Positions 24,443 through 38,200 of a stretch of 64,000 nucleotides of DNA are shown piece after piece (within the stretch, counting starts at the first letter, position 1; each line of letters opens with the position of its first letter). Under the pieces are notes generated by a model. It was not told where the DNA came from, searched no databases, and saw only the letters and a program-made list of their open reading frames with translations. Location of the stretch: NCBI RefSeq assembly GCF_023055435.1, contig NW_025963779.1, forward strand, positions 50,282,001 through 50,346,000. The letters run 5' to 3'. The position numbers were made by a program, and so were the translations under genes. The stretch comes from Haliotis rufescens (taxonomy: Eukaryota).

Positions 24443-26145
24443 GTAAAAACATCATTTTGAAGTTCTCATTTCTCAAGCAATCTACTTTTGGTTATCGCTA
24501 ATATTCTCAAAGCTTGGGATTCCAGTATGTTAAAATGTATCATCATTGTATATGCGTAACAACATTTACATAGCCGTATATTCCATATGTAGTTTACTGA
24601 GTGTATGTATTGAATTTTGCTGGAAAATATAGCTACCAAGAAGCTTCAAATATATACTCCATATCTAAAAATGCTTTTTATTAGATTTAAGAAAAGGATG
24701 AAATATACTTCACTCTATCTAATACCTGGATTTGGAATGTTACATTGTTGCATTACAATCGTTTATTAATGTAGCATGTGTCAATAATTTTATTATCCTC
24801 TTTTATTTTATCAATGACATTGTCTTCATATAGATTGCTGGTTAATGACAAGACACAATATACAAGATCTGTCGCTCATCAATGTCCAAATACATTCATT
24901 TGTGTGGTATTGCATCTGCAATCAGATTAACAAACCATTAGTCACACATATAACCAATGGAAATCCAATCAAATGTTTAAAATACACGATACCAAGGAGG
25001 TTTCCTTAGTTGTTATGTATGACGAATGAACAGGACTGCCATTATTAATAACAATCGAAAATCAATTACACAGGCCAATCGCGTGTCTAACCAAATTCAA
25101 TAATCGTGAATTATAACGTTACGTTTTCAGATTAAAGCTCTTTAAATATAAGAGCTATTGCTTGGTGCATATTCCTGAACAATGGATAACTGCTCTACTA
25201 CGAAGATAGGTCTCTCATGGAACTGTTCTTGTCATGATGAAGACCCTTCATCAGATAGTATATGGATACTTACCAGCACGTTTGTCATCTTCACGATGCA
25301 GTCAGGTCGGTTTTTATCTGGGAAGGAATTTCCTCATACGTATAAAGATCGTGGGGAAGTTCATCTTCTCTGGCGATGTATATATGGCCGAATTGTAATG
25401 ATTGAATTAGGAGATAAACATTTATGTATTTTCAGCGTTCGCTAGTTTTAATGAGTATACATGTACGATACCCGTAAATTTGAATTTACACATATTTTTA
25501 TATGCAATGATGCAACAACAGTTTACGTCTCAGGTCTCAGGTGTATAAATTTGTATGAATTAACTTTAATTTATAAGGCTTAAGTGAATAAAATGATTTG
25601 TTGTTGGGGTTGGTACCTTGAAGAGCTAGCATCGTAAGTACAGGAAATGAAACCTCTTCGATGCGGAAAATAGCCATCGATTGACGACAAAGTTATGAAC
25701 GATTGCAAAGAAAGTTGAGTTGATGGTAACGAGTAACTGTAGCAACTTAAGTCTTTAACGTTGTCATAAATGTTATTCCCATGTCTTAAGGAATCTGCTT
25801 AACGAGTGTTTTGCGTGCCGTGAAGTATATATTGCAACAAAATGAGCCTAAAATGGTTTATTTCTGTAATCAATATACACAGACACTAGTTATGGTCCAG
25901 CAGGACGGTCAGTGGTACTGTAAAGATAAATACAGGTTGTCAAAATGACAATGTCTACGTTGGATGATGATCATTGATACCAAGGACAAAGTGCACTGAA
26001 TGATTTTATTTTAAAGTAATTTTGTGCTGTTAATCCTAATGCGGGTTACATTGTTTTGACACATCAAATGAGTTAAAGGTACATTGAGACAGATGTGCAT
26101 TTCGACATTTATAGTGTTTGTGATAGCTTTACGGCGATGGGATTG

Positions 26146-26211
<66 letters not shown>

Positions 26212-29200
26212 TAAAAATCTCCGAGGCGGGATTTGTCGGTACGAATGGTCTTAAGCTCTTCTGAATTTTTCTGTTCATTTATAAAAAAGCAATACAAAGT
26301 GTATAAAACATTTCTGCTTTTAAAACAAATCAGAAATATATCATAGTTTGTTACGATTGTTTATTTTCTCTGGGCAATTTGGCTAATTAATGGTGGAGCA
26401 CATGATAACCCGGATACAAGATCCCTGAGCCGCTTTATCGTCGTAATTTTTGTTTATGATGGCATGTCCCAGTGAAAAGCTATTTTGTTGTTACAGATTC
26501 CAGTAATAGAGTGACCCATTTACATGATCCTGAATCAAACTGTCTCCGAGATGACGGAAATATTTTCCACTTGGTCATGTTGAGTCACTTAGCAACATGT
26601 GATGTTCATGTTAATCACCTGTCGCTACAATGCACAAATAAATACGCACGATTCGATGTGAAGATTCTTGCTTGCAATTGGTTATTGGTTTTAATCCTTT
26701 TTAACAATATTCAAGCCGCGTCATGGCGACTGTGTGAGTGAGTATGGTTTTACGCCGCTTTTAGCAATATTCCAACAAAATTTTGTGCCATTATTTACTT
26801 TACTGTTTTCCATTCGATATCGCAACAAGATGCAAAACTAGTATTGAAAGTTTTTATGTGACAATATATCTAGGTCTACCAGTGACATATTGACGCAATG
26901 AATGAAATAATGAGGCACTTAAATCGGGGCACCATCTGTCTCTAGGTGTAGTTGAGGAAACAGTTCTCATTGTTTTAATACAAATGTAAAATAATGGTGA
27001 CATTTTATTAACATTTGGGGGAGTCTCGCATATTTAATTTTTGTCTTACAAATATCGGTAAAATATCCTTTCTTTCTACACGATTATTACAACAGCGTGG
27101 CAACTGAACACATCACCGGCATAGATTGGAAGCATGTACAACACGCATGTTGGCTACGTATGCATATACCACCTTGGTGTGATATCTGCGCTGGTTATAA
27201 GTCCCGGTTAGGATTGACTTCAAGTTCTTACACAACAGTAGGTATACTGTTATTCCCTTGCATATATGAAGAAACATCTCCAGATATGTCATGCAAGATA
27301 GGCTGTTCCGGCGCCCGTGATCCTCGTGACTGTTCTGTTTCAGTCTTTATCACATTTCATTCTATTTTACTATGTACCAACTTCAACTGTTTTATTGGAG
27401 CATGTTTTACTGTGTATAGTAGATGGTCCATTTATAGCATCATCAATATGGTAAAATAAATAAACTATTAGTTAATATGAAAACAAACTGTGCACTGACA
27501 TTTTCACTACTGGCGACGTTGGCAAGTATCGATGTTGAATCCACTGCAGATAAATTAAGCTTCACGTTTAACCTGAGGAATGTTGCAAATTGGAATACAA
27601 GATATAAAACTAAAATTGCTATTTAAAAAAATGGCATGTATACAAAGTTAGAAAATGTCCCTATCCGGGGGATACAGAATTCAAATGAATCCTTATAAAT
27701 CTAAGATGAAGGTATTGTATAGCCCTCAGCTATATGTGGTCCAAGGATTATTGAACATGCCAAATATGTGCTGGATGATGACCTTGTTAGCCTGTCTCCT
27801 TGGTAAACATGGCCGCCGATGTGCTACTTGTCGGGAAACTTATATTTGTAAACATTTATTGATGACCTTTACTTGACATATAAGTTTTAAAAAGGAAATA
27901 TTAAAAAATGAAGGTTTTCAAACAAATAAATAATTGTTAATGTTGTTGAATAAATATAGTTAAGACAAACAAAAACTATATATATGAATAAATGTGAATA
28001 TATGTGTTTTTCGCTAATTGTTTTCCAAAGGCATATTATATTACTTTTATGCAGATTAGATACAAACTATGGATACACAAGGACTGCTTGTGACACACGC
28101 TTTCATTTAATATGTAACCTGATTTGGTTAAACAAAAAATGAAACATTAATTTATTTTTTTTGTATTTTATTTTGATTTACCCCCTAAAGATCATACCCA
28201 AACTAAACAATTTTCCGCAACTAAAATTTTCCTAGATTTTTACTATGTTGTAAGGGGATGCTTTCTGTTCATGAAACAGGAGAATTAATTTCTGTTGCAA
28301 TTCTTGGTGGGTTTGGTAGGATTTGACACTATATCGACCGGACTACAACTTGTAATGGGCTACCCTCTTATAGTGATTACTGAGGTAATTGTTTCTATAA
28401 TTGATAAAAAGATGTTTTTTATTACATTTTTTGGCAGCGACATTGGGGGACATGGAGTAAGGAGTTTTATTTCCAAGGGCACATTTTTATCAGTTATATT
28501 TCTTCCACAAACGCAGTGCTCGGTGAATTCGGCTGCGGTTTACCTGCAGCAACCCCTGCTTGTAGTAAGAGGTTTTTGTTTTGTTTGTGTGTTGTTGCAC
28601 GCCGATCTCAACAATATTCCATCTATATGACGGCGATATGTAAATAATGGAGTCTGGACCAGATAATCCAGTGATTGATATTATGAGCATCGATCCACGC
28701 AACTTGGATCACATGCTTCAACCAAGTCAGCGAGTCTGACCACCCGATCCCGTTAGTCGCCTATTACGACAAGCATAGTCGCCTTTTACGTCAAGGATGG
28801 GTTGCTGAAGATCTATTCTACCCCGGATCTTCATGGGTCTGTAGTAAGAGGAGACGAACTTGATCGGGCGGTCAGGCTCGCGGACTTGGTCGATTCATGT
28901 CATCGTGTCCCAATTGCGTCGATCGATGAACATAGTGTCAATCACTGGGTTGTCTGGTACAGATTCAATTATTTAGAGAGTTGGAATTTTTCTGAGTGCG
29001 GCTTGAAAAAACAAATAAGCAAAACTTGCGTTGAAAATGATATCAGTGTAGATTAATACACATGAACTCAAGGCGAAAGACATAGCGCTAATAGTAGTGT
29101 TGACTGGACATCTCTTGTATGAATGTTATTAATTCCAACGGTATTCAGGGCACACATTTTGTTTTACGAATATGTTTTAAGGAAGGTGTATTCGGTTCGC

Positions 29201-32200
29201 TCAAAAAGTACAAACATTGTATCAAAACGTACAGAGTAAATAGCATTTCTGAACCCGACATGGGCCATTCTTTGAACCATACCTGTTAAATCATTCCAGC
29301 GTTTAGGCTAAATCTTGTTTTCTCAAGCACTGTTAAGGAAACCCGAAACAATGTTATGGTAACATGGTTACATTTTATAGTTACATATATAGTTATAGTT
29401 ACACCCCGAGTCATTGATATGCTGAAGACCATCATGTGTCAGTGGTCCACATTTTTTTTAACATTGAAAAAAAAATTCAATTTTTTTCTAATATCTCTTT
29501 CAAAGAGGGGAACGTACCATATAATAGCATTACCTTATATAGAACTGATACGGGACCACGACAATAACACGTGTGCTACCGATAGCGCATACCAGTCATG
29601 TGCACCGGTTGTGTCTGCATGGTGTTACCATTGTAACGGTACAAAGATTCGTGGGTGCAGTCGATTTTCGATTTTGTTAGGAGTTCCTGTTTATTCGAAT
29701 GTGACAGCTTTGACATTGTCAATCAACTGTGTGTACAAGATAGAGGATCCTACAGGGAGCCCCCTACCTTAAAGGGTGCTGTATACAGGACAGTTACAAT
29801 AAATACGACACAATGGTAATAGTCGCTTTCGCAAAAAAACCAACAACAACATACTTTGAAATCCGATGTGTATCATTGGCCCTTTCCGCTACATACCATA
29901 CATGTGTGGTGAGGAGATCAGCACTGGCAAGTGTTGCGAATGCCAATGCCCATCTTGGTGTGCAGAAAAGTCGCGCTGACGATGCATTGTGGCTCAGCTG
30001 AACAGACCATTCGTTTAACGGTTATTATTCCCGGTGCATCAGTGTTGCTCTTTAAAGGATGAGGCGATTGACATGTTGGTGGCATGGGGCAACCATGTAA
30101 ATATATTTATCACTTTGGCAACTATGGCCACATGACACATCGCAGTCTTGAAGAGTGGCACTACAGGGCCAACACGAATACCCCTAAGGCACACGAGGTG
30201 TTGAAGCTGCCAAATAGCGAGCAATCAGAGGATAACAATCAATAGCAAAGGTGAGGAATGATAACAGAGGTGAATTCAGCAGCTGTAAGGCAACCCGAGA
30301 GCGTCCCCCAGCACACTGAAATACTGAAACACAGCCATCATGCTTCAATCAAGGACAGATTTTTCAGTGGCATCGTACTAACCGAGAGTGTACCTTCTAC
30401 AGCTAGTTACAAGTTTGCAGTTGCCAATGAAATTGTGTAAAGGGCATAACTACCGGTATATTTAATGAATTTGATATGACTTAAACCTGTTTCGTTGAAC
30501 TTTATTGCTGCAGAGATTGAAATTAAATGAAATATATAAGTTCTGAATAAAAGAGTGTTCTTTCTGTCTAAGTGTTTTCTTTGCTTTGAACACGTATATG
30601 CATGGCATGTTGCACTTATGGTAAAAGATAGCCAGGTACCGGAGAAACGAGCATAAAGCGAAACTGCAGCTTGCCTTCGTGTCTCCAGTAGTTATCATCA
30701 TTAATATACGCCACATGAATAAATTGGCACTAACATGAATATTTTGACAAAATGGAAGGACACGCCTTTGAAAGAGTAAAGTATGATTTCAAAATATCAC
30801 TAATAAGGTTTTGTATGGAACCTCATAAACCTTCTCATACCATGTGTGTACAGTCTTCCAACAGAATAGTAATAACATATTCCAACACAACCAGACAAAA
30901 TGTCTCCTTAATAAACACAAATCGCAGATATCTCAAACCAATGTTTTTGCATCCAGGGTACTGTTTGTAACAGGTGAGTACATGTGAATATGTGTCATAA
31001 TCGATACTCATACTAGTACGGTTGATACTGGGTAAGTGCCAGTTTTAGCATTTTCACAGAATTAGTGTGCCCTATTTCACATGATTGAAATCTACTTCAA
31101 TGTACGACAATTGCTTATTAAGTAAATGAACCAAAGAACCACCATAGACTAACTAACATTTGCATTAACGACAAGACTACTTACCAACGGATTCACTTTC
31201 AGTGGGCCAAATGAGAGGGAAATAAAATAGGAAAGATAAAAATGGCATAAAAGTTGTGTCGTGTGGAGTTCGAAATCGCGTAGGGGTTATTATGAACGGC
31301 GAAAATGAACAGTTTTATTTCAAAATAGATAAGGTTACTTACAATTCTTACTTTCAACTGTGTGCGTCTCTCGGGTGCAGCATCATGCTAACAACTTGTC
31401 CTCGTGTGCATCACATGTTATTTTCTCAGACCATGTTTCCAATAACCAGTGTTTTGAAACCACACTGTGAGATGTGAAAACTGTCTGTAGTTAAAACCCC
31501 ATTGATCATGGGGTATAAATAACACATCTCGTCAGAGTGTCTTTCGAAATAGTAACGAGGCGATGAACACTTCAAAAGCTACTTTGATATATACATTGGA
31601 TATCAAAAGACAAGTGGGCGATTCTTAACCATAAATATATCATAAATAAGCAATGTTACGAATTGGATGTTATTAATATGAAAATTAAGAGGGTGCATCA
31701 CGGCGCCAAAAATATGGATATGCACTTTTTACAAAAAATGACTTAATGTTTTGGGACCTAATCATTTTGTAGATTTGTACGAATTTTTATGAGCTCACTA
31801 CATGTCGTGTATATTACATTTGCGTGTGGTATGAAATTAAAAATATCAATTGGAACGAAATATCGCTCTATCCGGCACAAAAAGGTAAAACCGTTGCAGG
31901 TAAGAAATCACGTCAGTGAGAATGAGAAGCGACGTTCCCAATTTAAGGTGACGTCACTCTGGAGCGTTGTTCTGCCCTGTCGTTATATAATAATTATCAT
32001 GCATCATTAATGGGATTGTCTTGGCCAGACTCGTTCTTTAACAGGCCACCCTCATGATCATATAGAGGCCACAATTGAAAATTGTGTGTGGCGGGTGCTA
32101 CGGGAAGAGAAGGACATGCTTACCCTTTTCGTAAATACCTGGTGTCATCACTTATTTTTAGCTGTGCCTTTTGTGCCTCATGAAATCTGTTTCGGCAGAT

Positions 32201-35200
32201 AATCGAGACTGATACTTCTCTGGCGCTTACCTTTTGAATAGATGTAACGTTTTGACTTACACCCAGAGCCAAAGAGTTCGATATCTTAATCATTATACTC
32301 TGAACCGCAAAAGAAACGTCACCATGGATAGATATATGCAAGTATATGTTCAGTATATTTTACATTGCTGTGTTAAACGTAAAGAATATTTCTTTTTAAG
32401 TAAAACGGAGTATAAACAGAATCCCAGGGGATTGATTTGAACATTTCTACCTGATGTTTACGTTCATGTCAATACGCAATTACTAAGCAGGGAATCAATA
32501 AAAAAAAATATGACTCCAGCTGGAAAAGTATCCTTCTGCACATATCTCCCGGGGAAACCAGTATTGGATAATGCAAGGAAAAGTCATTAAGTTTATAGTA
32601 TTGAACTTTGAATAATTAATGATTGAATTATATTGAACATCATTTTTGTCAGCAATATTTCAGCTATCTCTATTCAGTGGGTGTCCACCAACTTCACCTA
32701 ATTTTCACCCACAAGAGAGGTACACGTAATTTAACTGGGGGCCAACAAACATCATGAGAATGGACAACATACAAATGTTTAATCCCAATCACCAAACAGG
32801 CTAGACACGAGTCACGATGGTTAAGTTTGTATCCTACTGTGATTTTTGTAAAGCTTCAATGACGCAACTTAAACAAGCCAGAAATTGGCATTGTGTGAGA
32901 TGGCTACTTCATCTTTCCTTTCGTGCGAGTATGCGTATGGCTTTTTGTGGATTCGAAGTTGAATTTTGCATGGCCATCTACCGATCTTACTTGCGTCCCT
33001 TTTGACCGAACTGACCTATGTAGTTTCAATTATAGTGATGGCTACTAATCGTAGTATAGTCGGGTTTTCCTTTTTAGTGACCTCAGATGTTTAAGCACTG
33101 TTAACTTTGGGGGTGGATTTGGCAAACCCTGAGAAAGATAGTCAGTAACATCACCAGACAGGCGCTGTCATGGAACCCCAGGGAAAACGAAAAAGAGGAC
33201 GGCAAAGAAACACCTGGCGACGGGACCTCGAGGCAGACAGCAAGAAGATGGGACACACCTGGAAACAACTAGAGAGGGCAGCCCAGGACCGAGGACTCTG
33301 GCGGTCGGGCATAACTAACTAACTAACTTTGTGGGTATTATAAAGCCAAAGTAGGGTGGGGTATAATCCTTTGCTATGACTTTCTGGTGGCTGAATGTCA
33401 GCACAATTGTAACTTCAGATGAGTTCAGTGGGTATCATAGCGTGTCTCACCCTGCATTTGATGAATAGAACTCCCACAGTGTTTTCGCTTGAAAGGGTGA
33501 ACCTCCTTTTGTCGCACCACTCATCTACACTGGAGTTTTCTTTCGGATTTGTGTATATCTCTGTGTTTTACCCTTATTGCTCCATCATCAGCGAATATAG
33601 AAGTTTGATTTGGACAGTTGACATGATCAAATAGATCATTGATCATGATTTTAAACAGGGTTTGGGTTATAATGCTGCCTTGTGGCGTGCTGTTGTTCAG
33701 TGACATAGGATCAGATTGATTGTTCCATTTGTTATCTGAAAGCATCCTTTCTTTTATGATGCTGTCTATGACGTAATAGATCTACTCAACTTTGTCATGA
33801 GTCTGTCATGCTATACCATGTCGAAGACTGAAGTCCAGAAATACTGCTGCTAGGTATTTTCTCTTTCATTGAGCTTTTTTATTTCATTTTCCAGTCTTAT
33901 TATGTGATCTAGAGTGTCCCTTCTTGAAGCCGCTTTGACCAGGTTTCATGTGGTTGCCAGTTTCAAGGTGATGCATGAGCCTTTGTTTAACCATGGCTTC
34001 CATAGCTTTTCATGTTTGAAGTGAGCGAGATAGGTCGATAAGAGTTTGGTAGGGATACATCTTTCCCTTGCTTTAGAAGCGGGATAACTGCAGCATGTTC
34101 CCATGCTTTTTGTACTTCTCCTGTGGACCATTTCATGTTGTACAACTCAATGAGTAAGCCTTTGGTTTCATCAGGTTGGTTTTTCAATACCTCGTAACGT
34201 GTTGTGTCAAGACCAGTGTAACGTCATCTATGTAACTAATGGTCCCTACAGGGAAGCAATGATTGCTCCCTCGCATGTACCATTGCGCGGCAAATACAAA
34301 CGTAAATATTCGTCACTCCAAACACTGTCTCCTGTTGCTTCTTCCCAGGGCGCCGAGAAATGAAACTAACAACGAAATATGGTGTCAGATGTGGAAGGAA
34401 CTCTGTTCTTTCTTAAATCTGAAGTGACAGTATATTATCTTCAAAGTCTGTTTGGGAGTGTTAACATGCTACCACGTGAGTGTTGTCAGAGCGTGGGTCA
34501 CCTATTTTCGGGAACGCTAACCTACACTGAACTATACGGGCAATCTGTATGTCGTTGAAGTTAATTAATGGAGCATTCTGAAAACATATGCTACTGCATA
34601 TTCCCGAGGCAAGAGCGATAACTGACCATAAAAGTCCAGTTTCCACCATTGCCGAACTAGGCTGGTATTATGGAGTTACATTTTGGCTGGACTAACGAGT
34701 CTATGCATAGTCCAATCAAAATCGCGCAACGAAATCGAAATCCGGTTCGTACGTTGTCGTGCAGATTTCGGTTGATTGCTGGATTTGCAAAGCATGTGCA
34801 CCGCCAAGATGTTGTCAACAGATATTTTCCTTATCTTTTCGTGTTTTTCAATCAAGGTGTTCGCGTGATTTGATGCACGTCACGATGTAAGACCCGTTTT
34901 ATCACAATATAGATCTTGATTATCGTTCAGAGCGTGTGTGAAGCCCATTTCTGGTGTCCCCCGCCGTGATATTGCTGGAATATTGCTAAAAGCGGCGTAA
35001 AACCATATTCACTCACTCACTCACTCGTTCAGAGCGTCTTGACTGGGCGCCGCCATTTTGTTTGAAACAAAAAAAAGGGGACCGGATTGGTCCATAGGAG
35101 AGGCTTCGCAGGGACGTAACTCGAAATAACCACTGGTGGCGCTGCGATCGAGCCCAGGAATTCCAGTCGAGTTCGGCAAGGGTGGAAACTGGACCTTTAA

Positions 35201-38200
35201 GGTAAGTTAACGCTCTTGCCAAGGAAAGCTTATACTACTGATGTGTGAACTACTCGCAATTAAACATGCTTGTGAGTCCTCAAGAAGTTCCTCAACAAAT
35301 CCATATTCCTAGTAAATTTCCCCTACCACCAAAACTGGACTTGAAAGGCGTGTTGAACAGAAATTACAGAATATTTAAGCGCATATGGGGAAACTATGAG
35401 CTGGCATCACGTTGTACAAATGACAATTATACTTGTAGATCTGCTTCATTACTGACATTTATAGGCTCAGAAGCACTAGATATTATGGATGGACTTCATT
35501 TTGATAATGAACGGGATAAACAGAAAGTCAACACAATTCTGGAAACACTGCGTTGGTGAAACTAATGAAACCTGCGAACATTATACCTTTAAACGTCGAG
35601 ATCAAGAGCATTTTGAAATTGTAGATTCCTTTGTTGCCACACTGTGAACTGTGGCAAAATCTTGTAACTATGCTTGTCGTAAGAGGCGACTATCGGGATC
35701 GGGTGGTCAGGCTCGCTGACTTGGTTGATGCATGTCATCGTATCCCAATTGCGTGGGATGTCAATCACTGGATTGTCTGGTCCAGACTCGATAATTTACA
35801 GATCACCGTCATATAGCTTGAATATTGCTGAGTGCGACGTTAAACAACAAAAAAACATAATCAATACTATTTATCTGTAGTTTTGAGACGTCAACGATCG
35901 TGAAGATCCGGGGTAGAATAGGTCTTCAGCAACCCATGCTTACCGTAAAAAGCAACTATGCTTGTCGTAATAGGCGACTAACGGGATCGAGTGGTCAGGC
36001 TCGCTGACTTGGTTGATGCATGTCATCGATCCCAATTGCGTGAATCGATGCTCATGATGTCAATCACTGGATTGTGCGCCGTTAAATAACAAACAAACAA
36101 AACACTGTTGGGTTGCAATTACATCTGAGTACTTCTCCTAGCAAATAATCAATTAATACATTTTAGAAAAGATACAATAACGGCAAGATGTATCAAATTA
36201 ATCCTTGTGGTATTCATTCTTGGTAGGTGTGATAAACAGAATTCGCTCCAAACAAAGGTCCGTATTGACACCAATAATGAAGGACACATTTCCACAATTT
36301 GAAATGATACTCTGGATAACAAACTACTCATTGAAACATTGCGTGAAGTGATCCGTGTTCAGTTATTGCCATGTCATCATGACCTGAAGAAAGAGGCATG
36401 TGTATGTTTTCTAAACAAAATATCTTTTCCTTCAATCGATGGCGTCGATCTGATTCTCAGTAATACCATCCTCGGTCACTTGCGTGCCCCATCGCTGTAA
36501 ATCTCTTCGGGTAGCAGAAGGAAATCATCAAGGCCTTTCTCATAGATATTTCCGAACCGTGTCTACCTAAATACGTCAATATGGTTGACAATTGGCAGAA
36601 AACCTATTTTACCAGAGGGAAAAATAAATCTGTTTCAGTATCTCTTTGAGGAGATTTGTAATCCGTAAGAGGTGTTATATGTTTAAAACGATATAACATA
36701 ATGCTAAGATACAGGCACAGAAAAGTCAAAATCAGTTTTGCGTGAGTTATATTTAATTCCTTTTGATTATGAGTTCCTAGCTATACTCTTTCTCCGAATC
36801 TCTCGAACCATTTCTGCAACTGAAACATTTACGTGTAATGTAAATTCGTTAAGCCTTGAATATGATCGATTAAACGTTTGAATCAAGGAAACAAGAGTGA
36901 AGTAAAATTAAAGCGCCGAAACAGATCCCTTTCGGCTTTAGGCAAAATAGCGGTGACAATCATTTGAATGAATCACTGAAAACCAGTGATGACGCCAGGT
37001 GTTCGCGAACAGGGTATGCAATGTCCTGTCCTACCACTCACACAAAGTGTATAAACAAGTAAGTGTTTGTTTGTTGCCTGTCGCCGCACGGCAGTACTCC
37101 TACCATACGACAGCGGCCTGTAAACAATCGAATCTTGACCAGACAATCAAGTGATGTAGCAAAAAATCCAGTTACGCGAAAGCGTATTTAGTGATTTTGA
37201 TTAAAGTAATTATAAAAACGATATCTTAATTTCGAATTATACCTGATGTCTACAAGTGCAGAGATGTTGCTGCTTATAAGTAAAAAAACGTTTAAGAAAT
37301 ATGTTCGACACTCAGGTAAAGTGCAGTGGTCAAAGCACCCTATTGCACGTAATGTGTATTGATCTGTAAGTGGTTATTAATCGTAATGGGTAATCTGAAT
37401 CGTCTTGCATTGAATTGACTGTTTCTCAAAGGCAATTTGTCAAACGAATGCGTCTGTTGCAAACAGATAAGACATGATTTTAAACAGTATGCTTATGCAT
37501 AAACAAGAAGTATCATGCTTTGAAAGTATTTTGTGGCACTGCCATTAGTACGAACTATGACTCTTATTCCGACTTTCGAGAAATCCAGTATCAACCAAGC
37601 CCATATACGCACTGATTGTTATTGTCAGTTATGGTAAAGCCCTGTCTATCTCACCGTACATATTGGATCCAGTGGGAACTGCCTTCCGGAAGATAACGTA
37701 TTTGACTCCACATCGTCGGATATAACTAGGATGGATTATTATTTATTTCGTCTGACTTTGTATACACTGAACCATGAATACTGTTAATAAATGAATATGG
37801 ATTGATGTGAAGATAATTAGAAATGCAGTTCCTCGGATCAATTCAAGCTGAGACAAGTTGTAGAAGAAAATAACCTTGTCGGTCACGTCCTTTTCCTCCA
37901 AAATTGAAACCCGTTATCGAACATATGTTTTCTTTCAAGGTTCGTGATTTATACGGTCAAACATCCGTGGGGGGTATGAACTGTTTCACAATGTAACATG
38001 ACGTGTCTTTCTTTGGGACCTTCGGGGCTTTTGTCAAAACATACCGATGTCGTGTGTGTCGTCTTTAAACTACATCTTCTCAAGAAATCAGTGGGCCAGT
38101 TAAGCTAAACCTAGGAATGCTACATGTAGTTTTAACGTGTGATGAATCCAAATTTGGCCCAAAAGTATGTTTTTGAATATCGATGTAAATTGTAGTGGGG

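Noticed and set aside
29700-30450. GC-richer stretch that may be a decayed DNA-transposase gene
   Set aside because: No convincing catalytic motif or TIRs could be read by eye; needs tBLASTx.
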